DNA of 64,000 nt, taken from NCBI GenBank assembly GCA_964016885.1, contig OZ024758.1:40052001-40116000 (forward strand), given 5' to 3'. The notes beneath the pieces were generated by a model. The model searched no databases and was not told where the DNA came from. It saw only the letters and a program-made list of their open reading frames with translations. The DNA comes from Eledone cirrhosa (Eukaryota). Below are positions 25,601-39,559 of this stretch, piece after piece. The translations under genes and the position numbers were made by a program. Position 1 is the stretch's first letter. Every line of letters starts with the position of its first letter.

Positions 25601-28600
25601 CTTAGCTTAGGATAGCTTAGCTTAGGATAGCTTAGGATAGCTTAGCTTAGGATAGCTTAGCTTAGGATAGCTTAGGATAGCTTAGCTTAGCTTAGCTTAG
25701 GATAGCTTAGCTTAGCTTAGCTTAGGATAGCTTAGCTTAGCTTAGGATAGCTTAGCTTAGCTTAGCTTAGGATAGCTTAGCTTAGCTTAGCTTAGGATAG
25801 CTTAGCTTAGCTTAGGATAGCTTAGCTTAGCTTAGCTTAGGAAAGCTTAGCTTAGCTTAGCTTAGGATAGCGTAGCTTAGGATAGCTTAGCTTAGGATAG
25901 CTTAGCTTAGGTTAGCTTAGCTTAGCTTAGCTTAGGATAGCTTAGGATAGCTTAGCTTAGGATAGCTTAGCTTAGCTTAGCTTAGGATAGCTTAGCTTAG
26001 CTTAGCTTAGGATAGCTTAGCTTAGCTTAGCTTAGGATAGCTTAGCTTAGCTTAGGATAGCTTAGCTTAGCTTAGCTTAGGATAGCTTAGCTTAGCTTAG
26101 CTTAGGATAGCTTAGCTTAGCTTAGCTTAGGATAGCTTAGCTTAGGATAGCTTAGCTTAGGATAGCTTAGCTTAGGTTAGCTTAGCTTAGCTTAGCTTAG
26201 GATAGCTTAGGATAGCTTAGCTTAGGATAGCTTAGCTTAGCTTAGCTTAGGATAGCTTAGCTTAGTTTAGCTTAGGATAGCTTAGCTTAGCTTAGCTTAG
26301 GATAGCTTAGCTTAGGATAGCTTAGGATTGCTTAGCTTAGCTTAGCTTAGGATAGCTTAGCTTAGCTTAGCTTAGGATAGCTTAGCTTAGCTTAGGATAG
26401 CTTAGCTTAGCTTAGCTTAGGATAGCTTAGCTTAGCTTAGCTTAGGATAGCTTAGCTTAGCTTAGCTTAGGATAGCTTAGGATAGCTTAGGATAGCTTAG
26501 CTTAGCTTAGCTTAGGATAGCTTAGCTTAGCTTAGGATAGCTTAGCTTAGCTTAGCTTAGGATAGCTTAGCTTAGCTTAGGATAGCTTAGCTTAGCTTAG
26601 CTTAGGATAGCTTAGCTTAGCTTAGCTTAGGATAGCTTAGCTTAGCTTAGCTTAGGATAGCTTAGCTTAGCTTAGCTTAGGATAGATTAGCTTAGCTTAG
26701 GATAGCTTAGCTTAGCTTGGCTTAGGAAAGCTTAGCTTAGCTTAGGATAGCTTAGTTTAGCTTAGCTTAGGAGAGCTTAGCTTAGCTTAGCTTAGGATAG
26801 CTTAGCTTAGCTTAGCTTAGGATAGCTTAGCTTAGCTTAGCTTAGGTAGCTTAGCTTAGCTTAGCTTAGGATAGCTTAGCTTAGCTTAGCTTAGCTTAGG
26901 ATAGCTTAGCTTAGCTTAGCTTAGGAGAGCTTAGCTTAGCTTAGCTTAGGATAGCTTAGGATAGCTTAGCTTAGGATAGCTTAGGATAGCTTACCTTAGG
27001 AGAGCTTAGCTTAGGATAGCTTAGCTTAGGATAGCTTAGGATAGCTTAGCTTAGGATAGCTTAGCTTAGGATAGCTTAGCTTAGGATAGCTTAGGATAGC
27101 TTAGCTTAGCTTAGCTTAGGATAGCTTAGCTTAGCTTAGCTTAGGATAGCTTAGCTTAGGTTAGCTTAGCTTAGCTTAGCTTAGCTTAGGATAGCTTAGC
27201 TTAGGATAGCTTAGGATAGCTTAGGTTAGGATAGCTTAGGATAGCTTAGCTTAGGAGAGCTTAGCTTAGGATAGCTTAGGATAGCTTAGCTTAGGATAGC
27301 TTAGGATAGCTTAGCTTAGGATAGCTTAGCTTAGGATAGCTTAGGATAGCTTAGCTTAGCTTAGGATAGCTTAGCTTAGCTTAGCTTAGGATAGCTTAGC
27401 TTAGCTTAGCTTAGGATAGCTTAGCTTAGCTTAGCTTAGGATAGCTTAGGATAGCTTAGCTTAGGATAGCTTAGGATAGCTTAGCTTAGGATAGCTTAGG
27501 ATAGCTTAGGATAGCTTAGCTTAGCTTAGCTTAGGATAGCTTAGCTTAGCTTAGCTTAGGATAGCTTAGCTTAGCTTAGGATAGCTTAGCTTAGCTTAGG
27601 ATAGCTTAGCTTAGCTTAGCTTAGGATAGCTTAGCTTACCTTAGCTTAGGACAGCTTAGCTTAGCTTAGCTTAGGATAGCTTAGCTTAGCTTAGGATAGC
27701 TTAGCTTAGCTTAGCTTAGGATAGCTTAGCTTAGCTTAGCTTAGGATAGCTTAGCTTAGGATAGCTTAGCTTAGGATAGCTTAGCTTAGGTTAGCTTAGC
27801 TTAGCTTAGCTTAGGATAGCTTAGGATAGCTTAGCTTAGGATAGCTTAGCTTAGCTTAGCTTAGGATAGCTTAGCTTAGCTTAGCTTAGGATAGCTTAGC
27901 TTAGCTTAGCTTAGGATAGCTTAGCTTAGCTTAGCTTAGGATAGCTTAGCTTAGGATAGCTTAGGATAGCTTAGCTTAGCTTAGCTTAGGGTAGCTTAGC
28001 TTAGCTTAGCTTAGGATAGCTTAGCTTAGCTTAGGATAGCTTAGCTTAGCTTAGCTTAGGATAGCTTAGCTTAGCTTAGCTTAGGATAGCTTAGCTTAGG
28101 ATAGCTTAGGATAGCTTAGGATAGCTTAGGATAGCTTAGCTTAGCTTAGCTTAGGATAGCTTAGCTTAGCTTAGCTTAGGATAGCTTAGCTTAGCTTAGC
28201 TTAGGATAGCTTAGCTTAGCTTAGGATAGCTTAGCTTAGCTTAGCTTAGGATAGCTTAGCTTAGCTTAGCTTAGGATAGCTTAGCTTAGCTTAGTTTAGG
28301 ATAGCTTAGCTTAGCTTAGGATAGCTTAGCTTAGCTTAGCTTAGGATAGCTTAGCTTAGGATAGCTTAGGATAGCTTAGCTTAGGATAGCTTAGCTTAGG
28401 ATAGCTTAGGATAGCTTAGCTTAGCTTAGCTTAGGATAGCTTATCTTAGCTTAGCTTAGGATAGCTTAGCTTAGCTTAGGATAGCTTAGCTTAGCTTAGC
28501 TTAGGATAGCTTAGCTTAGCTTAGCTTAGGATAGCTTAGCTTAGCTTAGGATAGCTTAGCTTAGCTTAGCTTAGGATAGCTTAGCTTAGCTTAGCTTAGG

Positions 28601-31600
28601 ATAGCTTAGCTTAGCTTAGCTTAGGATAGCTTAGCTTAGGATAGCTTAGCTTAGGATAGCTTAGCTTAGGTTAGCTTAGCTTAGCTTAGCTTAGGATAGC
28701 TTAGGATAGCTTAGCTTAGGATAGCTTAGCTTAGCTTAGCTTAGGATAGCTTAGCTTAGCTTAGCTTAGGATAGCTTAGCTTAGGATAGCTTAGGATTGC
28801 TTAGCTTAGCTTAGCTTAGGATAGCTTAGCTTAGCTTAGCTTAGGATAGCTTAGCTTAGCTTAGGATAGCTTAGCTTAGCTTAGCTTAGGATAGCTTAGC
28901 TTAGCTTAGCTTAGGATAGCTTAGCTTAGCTTAGCTTAGGATAGCTTAGCTTAGCTTAGGATAGCTTAGCTTAGCTTAGCTTAGGATAGCTTAGCTTAGC
29001 TTAGGATAGCTTAGCTTAGCTTAGCTTAGGATAGCTTAGCTTAGCTTAGCTTAGGATAGCTTAGCTTAGCTTAGCTTAGGATAGCTTAGCTTAGCTTAGC
29101 TTAGGATAGCTTAGCTTAGCTTAGCTTAGGATAGATTAGCTTAGCTTAGGATAGCTTAGCTTAGCTTAGCTTAGGAAAGCTTAGCTTAGCTTAGGATAGC
29201 TTAGCTTAGCTTAGCTTAGGAGAGCTTAGCTTAGCTTAGCTTAGGATAGCTTAGCTTAGCTTAGCTTAGTATAGCTTAGCTTAGCTTAGGTAGCTTAGCT
29301 TAGCTTAGCTTAGGATAGCTTAGCTTAGCTTAGCTTAGCTTAGGATAGCTTAGCTTAGCTTAGCTTAGGAGAGCTTAGCTTAGCTTAGCTTAGGATAGCT
29401 TAGGATAGCTTAGCTTAGGATAGCTTAGGATAGCTTACCTTAGGAGAGCTTAGCTTAGGATAGCTTAGCTTAGGATAGCTTAGGATAGCTTAGCTTAGGA
29501 TAGCTTAGCTTAGGATAGCTTAGCTTAGGATAGCTTAGGATAGCTTAGCTTAGCTTAGGATAGCTTAGCTTAGCTTAGCTTAGGATAGCTTAGCTTAGGT
29601 TAGCTTAGCTTAGCTTAGCTTAGCTTAGGATAGCTTAGCTTAGGATAGCTTAGGATAGCTTAGCTTAGGATAGCTTAGGATAGCTTAGCTTAGGATAGCT
29701 TAGCTTAGGATAGCTTAGGATAGCTTAGCTTAGGATAGCTTAGGATAGCTTAGCTTAGGATAGCTTAGCTTAGGATAGCTTAGGATAGCTTAGCTTAGCT
29801 TAGCTTAGGATAGCTTAGCTTAGCTTAGGATAGCTTAGCTTAGCTTAGGATAGCTTAGCTTAGCTTAGCTTAGGATAGCTTAGCTTAGCTTAGCTTAGGA
29901 TAGCTTAGCTTAGCTTAGCTTAGGATAGCTTAGCTTAGCTTAGCTTAGGATAGCTTAGCTTAGCTTAGCTTAGGATAGCTTAGCTTAGCTTAGCTTAGGA
30001 TAGCTTAGCTTAGCTTAGCTCAGGATAGCTTAGCTTAGGATAGCTTATCTTAGCTTAGCTTAGGATAGCTTAGCTTAGCTTAGCTTAGGATAGCTTAGCT
30101 TAGCTTAGCTTAGGATAGCTTAGCTTAGCTTGGCTTAGGATAGCTTAGCTTAGCTTAGCTTAGGATAGCCTAGCTTAGCTTAGCTTAGGATGGCTTAGCT
30201 TAGCTTAGCTTAGGATAGCTTAGCTTAGCTTAGCATAGGATAGCTTAGCTTAGTTTAGGATAGCTTATCTTAGCTAAGCTTAGCTTAGGATAGCTTAGGA
30301 TAGCTTAGCTTAGGATAGCTTAGGATAGCTTAGCTTAGGATAGCTTAGCTTAGGATAGCTTAGCTTAGGATAGCTTAGGATAGCTTAGCTTAGGATAGCT
30401 TAGGATAGCTTAGCTTAGGATAGCTTAGGATAGCTTAGCTTAGGATAGCTTAGGAAAGCTTAGCTTAGCTTAGCTTAGGATAGCTTAGCTTAGCTTAGCT
30501 TAGGATAGCTTAGCTTAGCTTAGCTTAGGATAGCTTAGGATAGCTTAGCTTAGGATAGCTTAGGATAGCTTAGATTAGGATAGCTTAGCTTAGGTTAGCT
30601 TAGCTTAGGATAGCTTAGGATAGCTTAGCTTAGGATAGCTTAGGATAGCTTAGCTTAGGATAGCTTAGCTTAGGATAGCTTAGGATAGCTTAGCTTAGCT
30701 TAGCTTAGGATAGCTTAGCTTAGCTTAGCTTAGGATAGCTTAGCTTAGCTTAGCTTAGCTTAGGATAGCTTAGCTTAGCTTAGCTTAGGATAGCTTAGGA
30801 TAGCTTAGCTTAGGATAGTTTAGGATAGCTTAGCTTAGGATAGCTTAGGATAGCTTAGCTTAGGATAGCTTAGGATAGCTTAGCTTAGGATAGCTTAGCT
30901 TAGGATAGCTTAGCTTAGCTTAGCTTAGGATAGCTTAGCTTAGGATAGCTTAGGATAGCTTAGCTTAGGATAGCTTAGCTTAGGATAGCTTAGGATAGCT
31001 TAGCTTAGCTTAGCTTAGCTTAGCTTAGCTTAGGATAGCTTAGCTTAGCTTAGCTTAGGATAGCTTAGCTTAGCTTAGGATAGCTTAGCTTAGCTTAGCT
31101 TAGGATAGCTTAGCTTAGCTTAGCTTAGGATAGCTTAGCTTAGCTTAGCTTAGGTTAGCTTAGCTTAGGAGAGCTTAGTTTAGGTTAGCTTAGCTTAGCT
31201 TAGCTTAGCATAGCTTAGGATAGCTTAGCTTAGGATAGCTTAGCTTAGCTTAGCTTAGGATAGCTTAGCTTAGCTTAGCTTAGGATAGCTTAGCTTAGCT
31301 TAGCTTAGGATAGCTTAGCTTAGCTTAGCTTAGGATAGCTTAGCTTAGCTTAGCTTAGGATAGCTTAGCTTAGCTTAGCTTAGGATAGCTTAGCTTAGCT
31401 TAGCTTAGGTTAGCTTAGCTTAGGATAGCTTAGTTTAGGTTAGCTTAGCTTAGCTTAGCTTAGCATAGCTTAGGATAGCTTAGCTTAGGATAGCTTAGCT
31501 TAGCTTAGCTTAGGATAGCTTAGCTTAGCTTAGCTTAGGATAGCTTAGCTTAGCTTAGCTTAGGATAGCTTAGCTTAGGATAGCTTAGGATAGCTTAGCT

Positions 31601-34489
31601 TAGCTTAGCTTAGGATAGCTTAGCTTAGCTTAGCTTAGGATAGCTTAGCTTAGCTTAGGATAGCTTAGCTTAGCTTAGCTTAGGATAGCTTAGCTTAGCT
31701 TAGCTTAGGATAGCTTAGCTTAGCTTTGCTTAGGATAGCTTAGCTTAGCTTAGCTTAGGATAGCTTAGCTTAGCTTAGCTTAGGATAGCTTAGCTTAGCT
31801 TAGCTTAGGATAGCTTAGCTTAGCTTAGCTTAGGATAGCTTAGCTTAGCTTAGCTTAGGATAGCTTAGCTTAGCTTAGCTTAGGATCGCTTAGCTTAGCT
31901 TAGCTTAGGATAGCTTAGCTTAGCTTAGGATAGCTTAGCTTAGCTTAGCTTAGGATAGCTTAGCTTAGCTTAGGATAGCTTAGGATAGCTTAGCTTAGGA
32001 GAGCTTAGCTTAGCTTAGCTTAGGATAGCTTAGCTTAGCTTAGCTTAGGATAGCTTAGCTTAACTTAGCTTAGGATAGCTTAGCTTAGCTTAGGATAGCT
32101 TAGCTTAGCTTAGCTTAGGATAGCTTAGCTTAGCTTAGCTTAGGATAGCTTAGCTTAGCTTAGCTTAGGATAGCTTAGGATAGCTTAGCTTAGGATAGCT
32201 TAGGATAGCTTACCTTAGGAGAGCTTAGCTTAGGATAGCTTAGCTTAGGATAGCTTAGGATAGCTTAGCTTAGGATAGCTTAGCTTAGGATAGCTTAGCT
32301 TAGGATAGCTTAGGATAGCTTAGCTTAGCTTAGCTTAGGATAGCTTAGCTTAGCTTAGCTTAGGATAGCTTAGCTTAGCTTAGCTTAGGATAGCTTAGCT
32401 TAGCTTAGCTTAGGATAGCTTAGGATAGCTTAGCTTAGGATAGCTTAGGATAGCTTAGCTTAGGATAGCTTAGGATAGCTTAGCTTAGGATAGCTTAGCT
32501 TAGGATAGCTTAGCTTAGGATAGCTTAGGATAGCTTAGCTTAGGATATCTTAGGATAGCTTAGCTTAGGATAGCTTAGCTTAGGATAGCTTAGCTTAGGA
32601 TAGCTTAGGATAGCTTAGCTTAACTTAGCTTAGGATAGCTTAGCTTAGCTTAGGATAGCTTAGCTTAGCTTAGCTTAGGATAGCTTAGCTTAGCTTAGCT
32701 TAGGATAGCTTAGGATAGCTTAGCTTAGGATAGCTTAGGATAGCTTAGCTTAGGATAGCTTAGGATAGCTTAGCTTAGGATAGCTTAGCTTAGGATAGCT
32801 TAGCTTAGGATAGTTTAGGATAGCTTAGCTTAGCTTAGCTTAGGATAGCTTAGGATAGCTTAGCTTAGGATAGCTTAGGATAGCTTAGCTTAGGATAGAT
32901 TAGGATAGCTTAGCTTAGGATAGCTTAGGATAGCTTAGCTTAGGATAGCTTAGCTTAGGATAGCTTAGCTTAGCTTAGGATAGCTTAGCTTGGGATAGCT
33001 TAGGATAGCTTAGCTTAGGATAGCTTAGCTTAGGATAGCTTAGGATAGCTTAGCTTAGCTTAGCTTAGGATAGCTTAGCTTAGCTTAGCTTAGGATAGCT
33101 TAGCTTAGCTTAGGATAGCTTAGCTTAGCTTAGCTTAGGATAGCTTAGCTTAGCTTAGCTTAGGATAGCTTAGCTTAGCTTAGCTTAGGATAGCTTAGCT
33201 TAGCTTAGCTTAGGATAGCTTAGCTTAGCTTAGCTTAGGATAGCTTAGCTTAGCTTAGCTTAGAATAGCTTAGCTTAGGATAGCTTAGCTTAGGATAGCT
33301 TAGCTTAGGATAGCTTAGGATAGCTTAGCTTAGGATAGCTTAGGATAGCTTAGCTTAGGATAGCTTAGCTTAGCTTAGCTTAGGATAGCTTAGCTTAGCT
33401 TAGGATAGCTTAGCTTAGCTTAGCTTAGGATAGCTTAGCTTAGGATAGCTTAGGAATGCTTAGCTTAGCTTAGCTTAGGATAGCTTAGCTTAGCTTAGCT
33501 TAGGATAGCTTAGCTTAGCTTAGGATAGCTTAGCTTAGCTTAGCTTAGGATAGCTTAGCTTAGCTTAGTTTAGGATAGCTTAGCTTAGCTTAGCTTAGGA
33601 TAGCTTAGCTTAGCTTAGCTTAGGATAGCTTAGCTTAGCTTAGCTTAGGATAGCTTAGCTTAGGATAGCTTAGCTTAGCTTAGCTTAGGATAGCTTAGCT
33701 TAGCTTAGCTTAGGATAGCTTAGCTTAGGATAGCTTAGCTTAGCTTAGCTTAGGATAGCTTAGCATAGCTTAGCTTAGGATAGCTTAGCTTAGCTTAGCT
33801 TAGGATAGCTTAGCTTAGCTTAGCTTAGGATAGCTTAGCTTAGCTTAGCTTAGGATAGCTTAGCTTAGCTTAGCTTAGGATAGCTTAGCTTAGCTTAGCT
33901 TAGGATAGCTTAGCATAGCTTAGCTTAGGATAGCTTAGCTTAGCTTAGGATAGCTTAGCTTAGCTTAGGATAGCTTAGCTTAGCTTGGCTTAGGTTAGCT
34001 TAGCTTAGCTTGGCTTAGGATAGCTTAGCTTAGCTTAGCTTAGGATAGCTTAGCTTAGGATAGCTTAGGATAGCTTAGCTTAGCTTAGCTTAGGATAGCT
34101 TAGCTTAGTTTAGGATAGCTTAGCTTAGCTTAGCTTAGGATAGCTTAGGATAGCTTAGCTTGGGACAGCTTAGGATAGCTTAGCTTAGGATAGCTTAGGA
34201 TAGCTTAGCTTAGGATAGCTTAGGATAGCTTAGGTTAGGATAGCTTAGCTTAGGATAGCTTAGGATAGCTTAGCTTAGGATAGCTTAGGATAGCTTAGCT
34301 TAGAATAGCTTAGGATAGCTTAGCTTAGGATAGCTTAGCTTAGGATAGCTTAGGAAAGCTTAGCTTAGCTTAGCTTAGGATAGCTTAGCTTAGCTTAGCT
34401 TAGGATAGCTTAGCTTAGCTTAGGATAGCTTAGGATAGCTTAGCTTAGGATAGCTTAGGATAGCTTAGCTTAGGATAGCTTAGCTTAGG

Positions 34490-37400
34490 ATAGCTTAGCT
34501 TAGGATAGCTTAGGATAGCTTAGCTTAGGATAGCTTAGGATAGCTTAGCTTAGGATAGCTTAGCTTAGGATAGCTTAGGATAGCTTAGCTTAGCTTAGCT
34601 TAGGATAGCTTAGCTTAGCTTAGGATAGCTTAGCTTAGCTTAGCTTAGCTTAGGATAGCTTAGCTTAGCTTAGGATAGCTTAGGATAGCTTAGCTTAGGA
34701 TAGCTTAGGATAGCTTAGCTTAGGATAGCTTAGGATAGCTTAGCTTAGGATAGCTTAGCTTAGGATAGCTTAGCTTAGCTTAGGATAGCTTAGCTTAGGA
34801 TAGCTTAGGATATCTTAGGTTAGGATAGCTTAGCTTAGGATAGCTTAGGATAGATTAGCTTAGCTTAGCTTAGGATAGCTTAGCTTAGCTTAGCTTAGGA
34901 TAGCTTAGCTTAGCTTAGGATAGCTTAGCTTAGCTTAGCTTAGGATAGCTTAGCTTAGCTTAGCTTAGGATAGCTTAGCTTAGCTTAGGATAGCTTAGCT
35001 TAGCTTAGCTTAGGATAGCTTAGCTTAGCTTAGCTTAGGATAGCTTAGCTTAGGATAGCTTAGCTTAGGATAGCTTAGCTTAGGTTAGCTTAGCTTAGCT
35101 TAGCTTAGGATAGCTTAGGATAGCTTAGCTTAGGATAGCTTAGCTTAGCTTAGCTTAGGATAGCTTAGCTTAGCTTAGCTTAGGATAGCTTAGCTTAGCT
35201 TAGCTTAGGATAGCTTAGCTTAGGATAGCTTAGGATTGCTTAGCTTAGCTTAGCTTAGGATAGCTTAGCTTAGCTTAGCTTAGGATAGCTTAGCTTAGCT
35301 TAGGATAGCTTAGCTTAGCTTAGCTTAGGATAGCTTAGCTTAGCTTAGCTTAGGATAGCTTAGATTAGCTTAGCTTAGGATAGCTTAGGATAGCTTAGGA
35401 TAGCTTAGCTTAGCTTAGCTTAGGATAGCTTAGCTTAGCTTAGGATAGCTTAGCTTAGCTTAGCTTAGCTTAGGATAGCTTAGCTTAGCTTAGGATAGCT
35501 TAGCTTAGCTTAGCTTAGGATAGCTTAGCTTAGCTTAGCTTAGGATAGCTTAGCTTAGGATAGCTTAGCTTAGGATAGCTTAGCTTAGGTTAGCTTAGCT
35601 TAGCTTAGCTTAGGATAGCTTAGGATAGCTTAGCTTAGGATAGCTTAGCTTAGCTTAGCTTAGGATAGCTTAGCTTAGCTTAGCTTAGGATAGCTTAGCT
35701 TAGCTTAGCTTAGGATAGCTTAGCTTAGGATAGCTTAGGATTGCTTAGCTTAGCTTAGGATAGCTTAGCTTAGCTTAGCTTAGGATAGCTTAGCTTAGCT
35801 TAGCATAGCTTAGCTTAGCTTAGCTTAGGATAGCTTAGCTTAGCTTAGCTTAGGATAGCTTAGCTTAGCTTAGCTTAGGATAGCTTAGGATAGCTTAGGA
35901 TAGCTTAGCTTAGCTTAGCTTAGGATAGCTTAGCTTAGCTTAGGATAGCTTAGCTTAGCTTAGCTTAGGATAGCTTAGCTTAGCTTAGGATAGCTTAGCT
36001 TAGCTTAGCTTTGCTTAGGATAGCTTAGCTTAGCTTAGCTTAGGATAGCTTAGCTTAGCTTAGCTTAGGATAGCTTAGCTTAGCTTAGCTTAGCTTAGGA
36101 TAGCTTAGCTTAGCTTAGCTTAGGATAGATTAGCTTAGCTTAGGATAGCTTAGCTTAGCTTAGCTTAGGAAAGCTTAGCTTAGCTTAGGATAGCTTAGCT
36201 TAGCTTAGCTTAGGAGAGCTTAGCTTAGCTTAGCTTAGGATAGCTTAGCTTAGCTTAGCTTAGGATAGCTTAGCTTAGCTTAGGTAGCTTAGCTTAGCTT
36301 AGCTTAGGATAGCTTAGCTTAGCTTAGCTTAGCTTAGCTTAGGATAGCTTAGCTTAGCTTAGCTTAGGAGAGCTTAGCTTAGCTTAGCTTAGGATAGCTT
36401 AGGATAGCTTAGCTTAGGATAGCTTAGGATAGCTTACCTTAGGAGAGCTTAGCTTAGGATAGCTTAGCTTAGGATAGCTTAGCTTAGGATAGCTTAGGAT
36501 AGCTTAGCTTAGCTTAGCTTAGGATAGCTTAGCTTAGCTTAGGATAGCTTAGCTTAGCTTAGCTTAGCTTAGGATAGCTTAGCTTAGCTTAGGATAGCTT
36601 AGGATAGCTTAGCTTAGGATAGCTTAGGATAGCTTAGCTTAGGATAGCTTAGGATAGCTTAGCTTAGGATAGCTTAGCTTAGGATAGCTTAGCTTAGCTT
36701 AGGATAGCTTAGCTTAGGATAGCTTAGGATATCTTAGGTTAGGATAGCTTAGCTTAGGATAGCTTAGGATAGATTAGCTTAGCTTAGCTTAGGATAGCTT
36801 AGCTTAGCTTAGCTTAGGATAGCTTAGCTTAGCTTAGGATAGCTTAGCTTAGCTTAGCTTAGGATAGCTTAGCTTAGCTTAGCTTAGGATAGCTTAGCTT
36901 AGCTTAGGATAGCTTAGCTTAGCTTAGCTTAGGATAGCTTAGCTTAGCTTAGCTTAGGATAGCTTAGCTTAGGATAGCTTAGCTTAGGATAGCTTAGCTT
37001 AGGTTAGCTTAGCTTAGCTTAGCTTAGGATAGCTTAGGATAGCTTAGCTTAGGATAGCTTAGCTTAGCTTAGCTTAGGATAGCTTAGCTTAGCTTAGCTT
37101 AGGATAGCTTAGCTTAGCTTAGCTTAGGATAGCTTAGCTTAGGATAGCTTAGGATTGCTTAGCTTAGCTTAGCTTAGGATAGCTTAGCTTAGCTTAGCTT
37201 AGGATAGCTTAGCTTAGCTTAGGATAGCTTAGCTTAGCTTAGCTTAGGATAGCTTAGCTTAGCTTAGCTTAGGATAGCTTAGATTAGCTTAGCTTAGGAT
37301 AGCTTAGGATAGCTTAGGATAGCTTAGCTTAGCTTAGCTTAGGATAGCTTAGCTTAGCTTAGGATAGCTTAGCTTAGCTTAGCTTAGCTTAGGATAGCTT

Positions 37401-38430
37401 AGCTTAGCTTAGGATAGCTTAGCTTAGCTTAGCTTAGGATAGCTTAGCTTAGCTTAGCTTAGGATAGCTTAGCTTAGGATAGCTTAGCTTAGGATAGCTT
37501 AGCTTAGGTTAGCTTAGCTTAGCTTAGCTTAGGATAGCTTAGGATAGCTTAGCTTAGGATAGCTTAGCTTAGCTTAGCTTAGGATAGCTTAGCTTAGCTT
37601 AGCTTAGGATAGCTTAGCTTAGCTTAGCTTAGGATAGCTTAGCTTAGGATAGCTTAGGATTGCTTAGCTTAGCTTAGGATAGCTTAGCTTAGCTTAGCTT
37701 AGGATAGCTTAGCTTAGCTTAGCATAGCTTAGCTTAGCTTAGCTTAGGATAGCTTAGCTTAGCTTAGCTTAGGATAGCTTAGCTTAGCTTAGCTTAGGAT
37801 AGCTTAGGATAGCTTAGGATAGCTTAGCTTAGCTTAGCTTAGGATAGCTTAGCTTAGCTTAGGATAGCTTAGCTTAGCTTAGCTTAGGATAGCTTAGCTT
37901 AGCTTAGGATAGCTTAGCTTAGCTTAGCTTTGCTTAGGATAGCTTAGCTTAGCTTAGCTTAGGATAGCTTAGCTTAGGATAGCTTAGCTTAGCTTAGCTT
38001 AGCTTAGGATAGCTTAGCTTAGCTTAGCTTAGGATAGATTAGCTTAGCTTAGGATAGCTTAGCTTAGCTTAGCTTAGGAAAGCTTAGCTTAGCTTAGGAT
38101 AGCTTAGCTTAGCTTAGCTTAGGAGAGCTTAGCTTAGCTTAGCTTAGGATAGCTTAGCTTAGCTTAGCTTAGGATAGCTTAGCTTAGCTTAGGTAGCTTA
38201 GCTTAGCTTAGCTTAGGATAGCTTAGCTTAGCTTAGCTTAGCTTAGCTTAGGATAGCTTAGCTTAGCTTAGCTTAGGAGAGCTTAGCTTAGCTTAGCTTA
38301 GGATAGCTTAGGATAGCTTAGCTTAGGATAGCTTAGGATAGCTTACCTTAGGAGAGCTTAGCTTAGGATAGCTTAGCTTAGGATAGCTTAGCTTAGGATA
38401 GCTTAGGATAGCTTAGCTTAGCTTAGCTTA
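34490..38430 (+). repeat. ~1.91-1.92 kb tandem duplication
   Basis: GATAT 34809/36728, GATTG 35234/37153, CATAG 35804/37723 and CTTTG 36009/37928 (offset 1919); GTAG 36284/38193 (1909). Confidence 0.9.
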
Positions 38431-39559
38431 GGATAGCTTAGCTTAGCTTAGCTTAGGATAGCTTAGCTTAGGTTAGCTTAGCTTAGCTTAGCTTAGCTTA
38501 GGATAGCTTAGCTTAGGATAGCTTAGGATAGCTTAGGATAGCTTAGCTTAGGATAGCTTAGCTTAGGATAGCTTAGGATAGCTTAGCTTAGGATAGCTTA
38601 GGATAGCTTAGCTTAGGATAGCTTAGCTTAGGATAGCTTAGGATAGCTTAGCTTAGCTTAGCTTAGGATAGCTTAGCTTAGCTTAGCTTAGGATAGCTTA
38701 GCTTAGCTTAGGATAGCTTAGCTTAGCTTAGCTTAGGATAGCTTAGGATAGCTTAGCTTAGGATAGCTTAGGATAGCTTAGCTTAGGATAGCTTAGGATA
38801 GCTTAGGATAGCTTAGCTTAGCTTAGCTTAGGATAGCTTAGCTTAGCTTAGCTTAGGATAGCTTAGCTTAGCTTAGCTTAGGATAGCTTAGCTTAGCTTA
38901 GGATAGCTTAGCTTAGCTTAGCTTAGGATAGCTTAGCTTAGCTTAGCTTAGGACAGCTTAGCTTAGCTTAGCTTAGGATAGCTTAGCTTAGCTTAGGATA
39001 GCTTAGCTTAGCTTAGCTTAGGATAGCTTAGCTTAGCTTAGCTTAGGATAGCTTAGCTTAGGATAGCTTAGCTTAGGATAGCTTAGCTTAGGTTAGCTTA
39101 GCTTAGCTTAGCTTAGGATAGCTTAGCTTAGCTTAGCTTAGGATAGCTTAGCTTAGCTTAGCTTAGGATAGCTTAGCTTAGCTTAGGATAGCTTAGGATA
39201 GCTTAGCTTAGGATAGCTTAGCTTAGCTTAGGATAGCTTAGCTTAGCTTAGCTTAGGATAGCTTAGCTTAGCTTAGCTTAGGATAGCTTAGCTTAGCTTA
39301 GGATAGCTTAGGATAGCTTAGCTTAGGATAGCTTATGATAGCTTAGCTTAGGATAGCTTAGGATAGCTTAGCTTAGGATAGCTTAGGATAGCTTAGCTTA
39401 GGATAGCTTAGCTTAGGATAGCTTAGCTTAGCTTAGCTTAGGATAGCTTAGCTTAGGATAGCTTAGGATAGCTTAGCTTAGGATAGCTTAGCTTAGGATA
39501 GCTTAGGATAGCTTAGCTTAGCTTAGCTTAGGATAGCTTAGCTTAGCTTAGCTTAGGAT

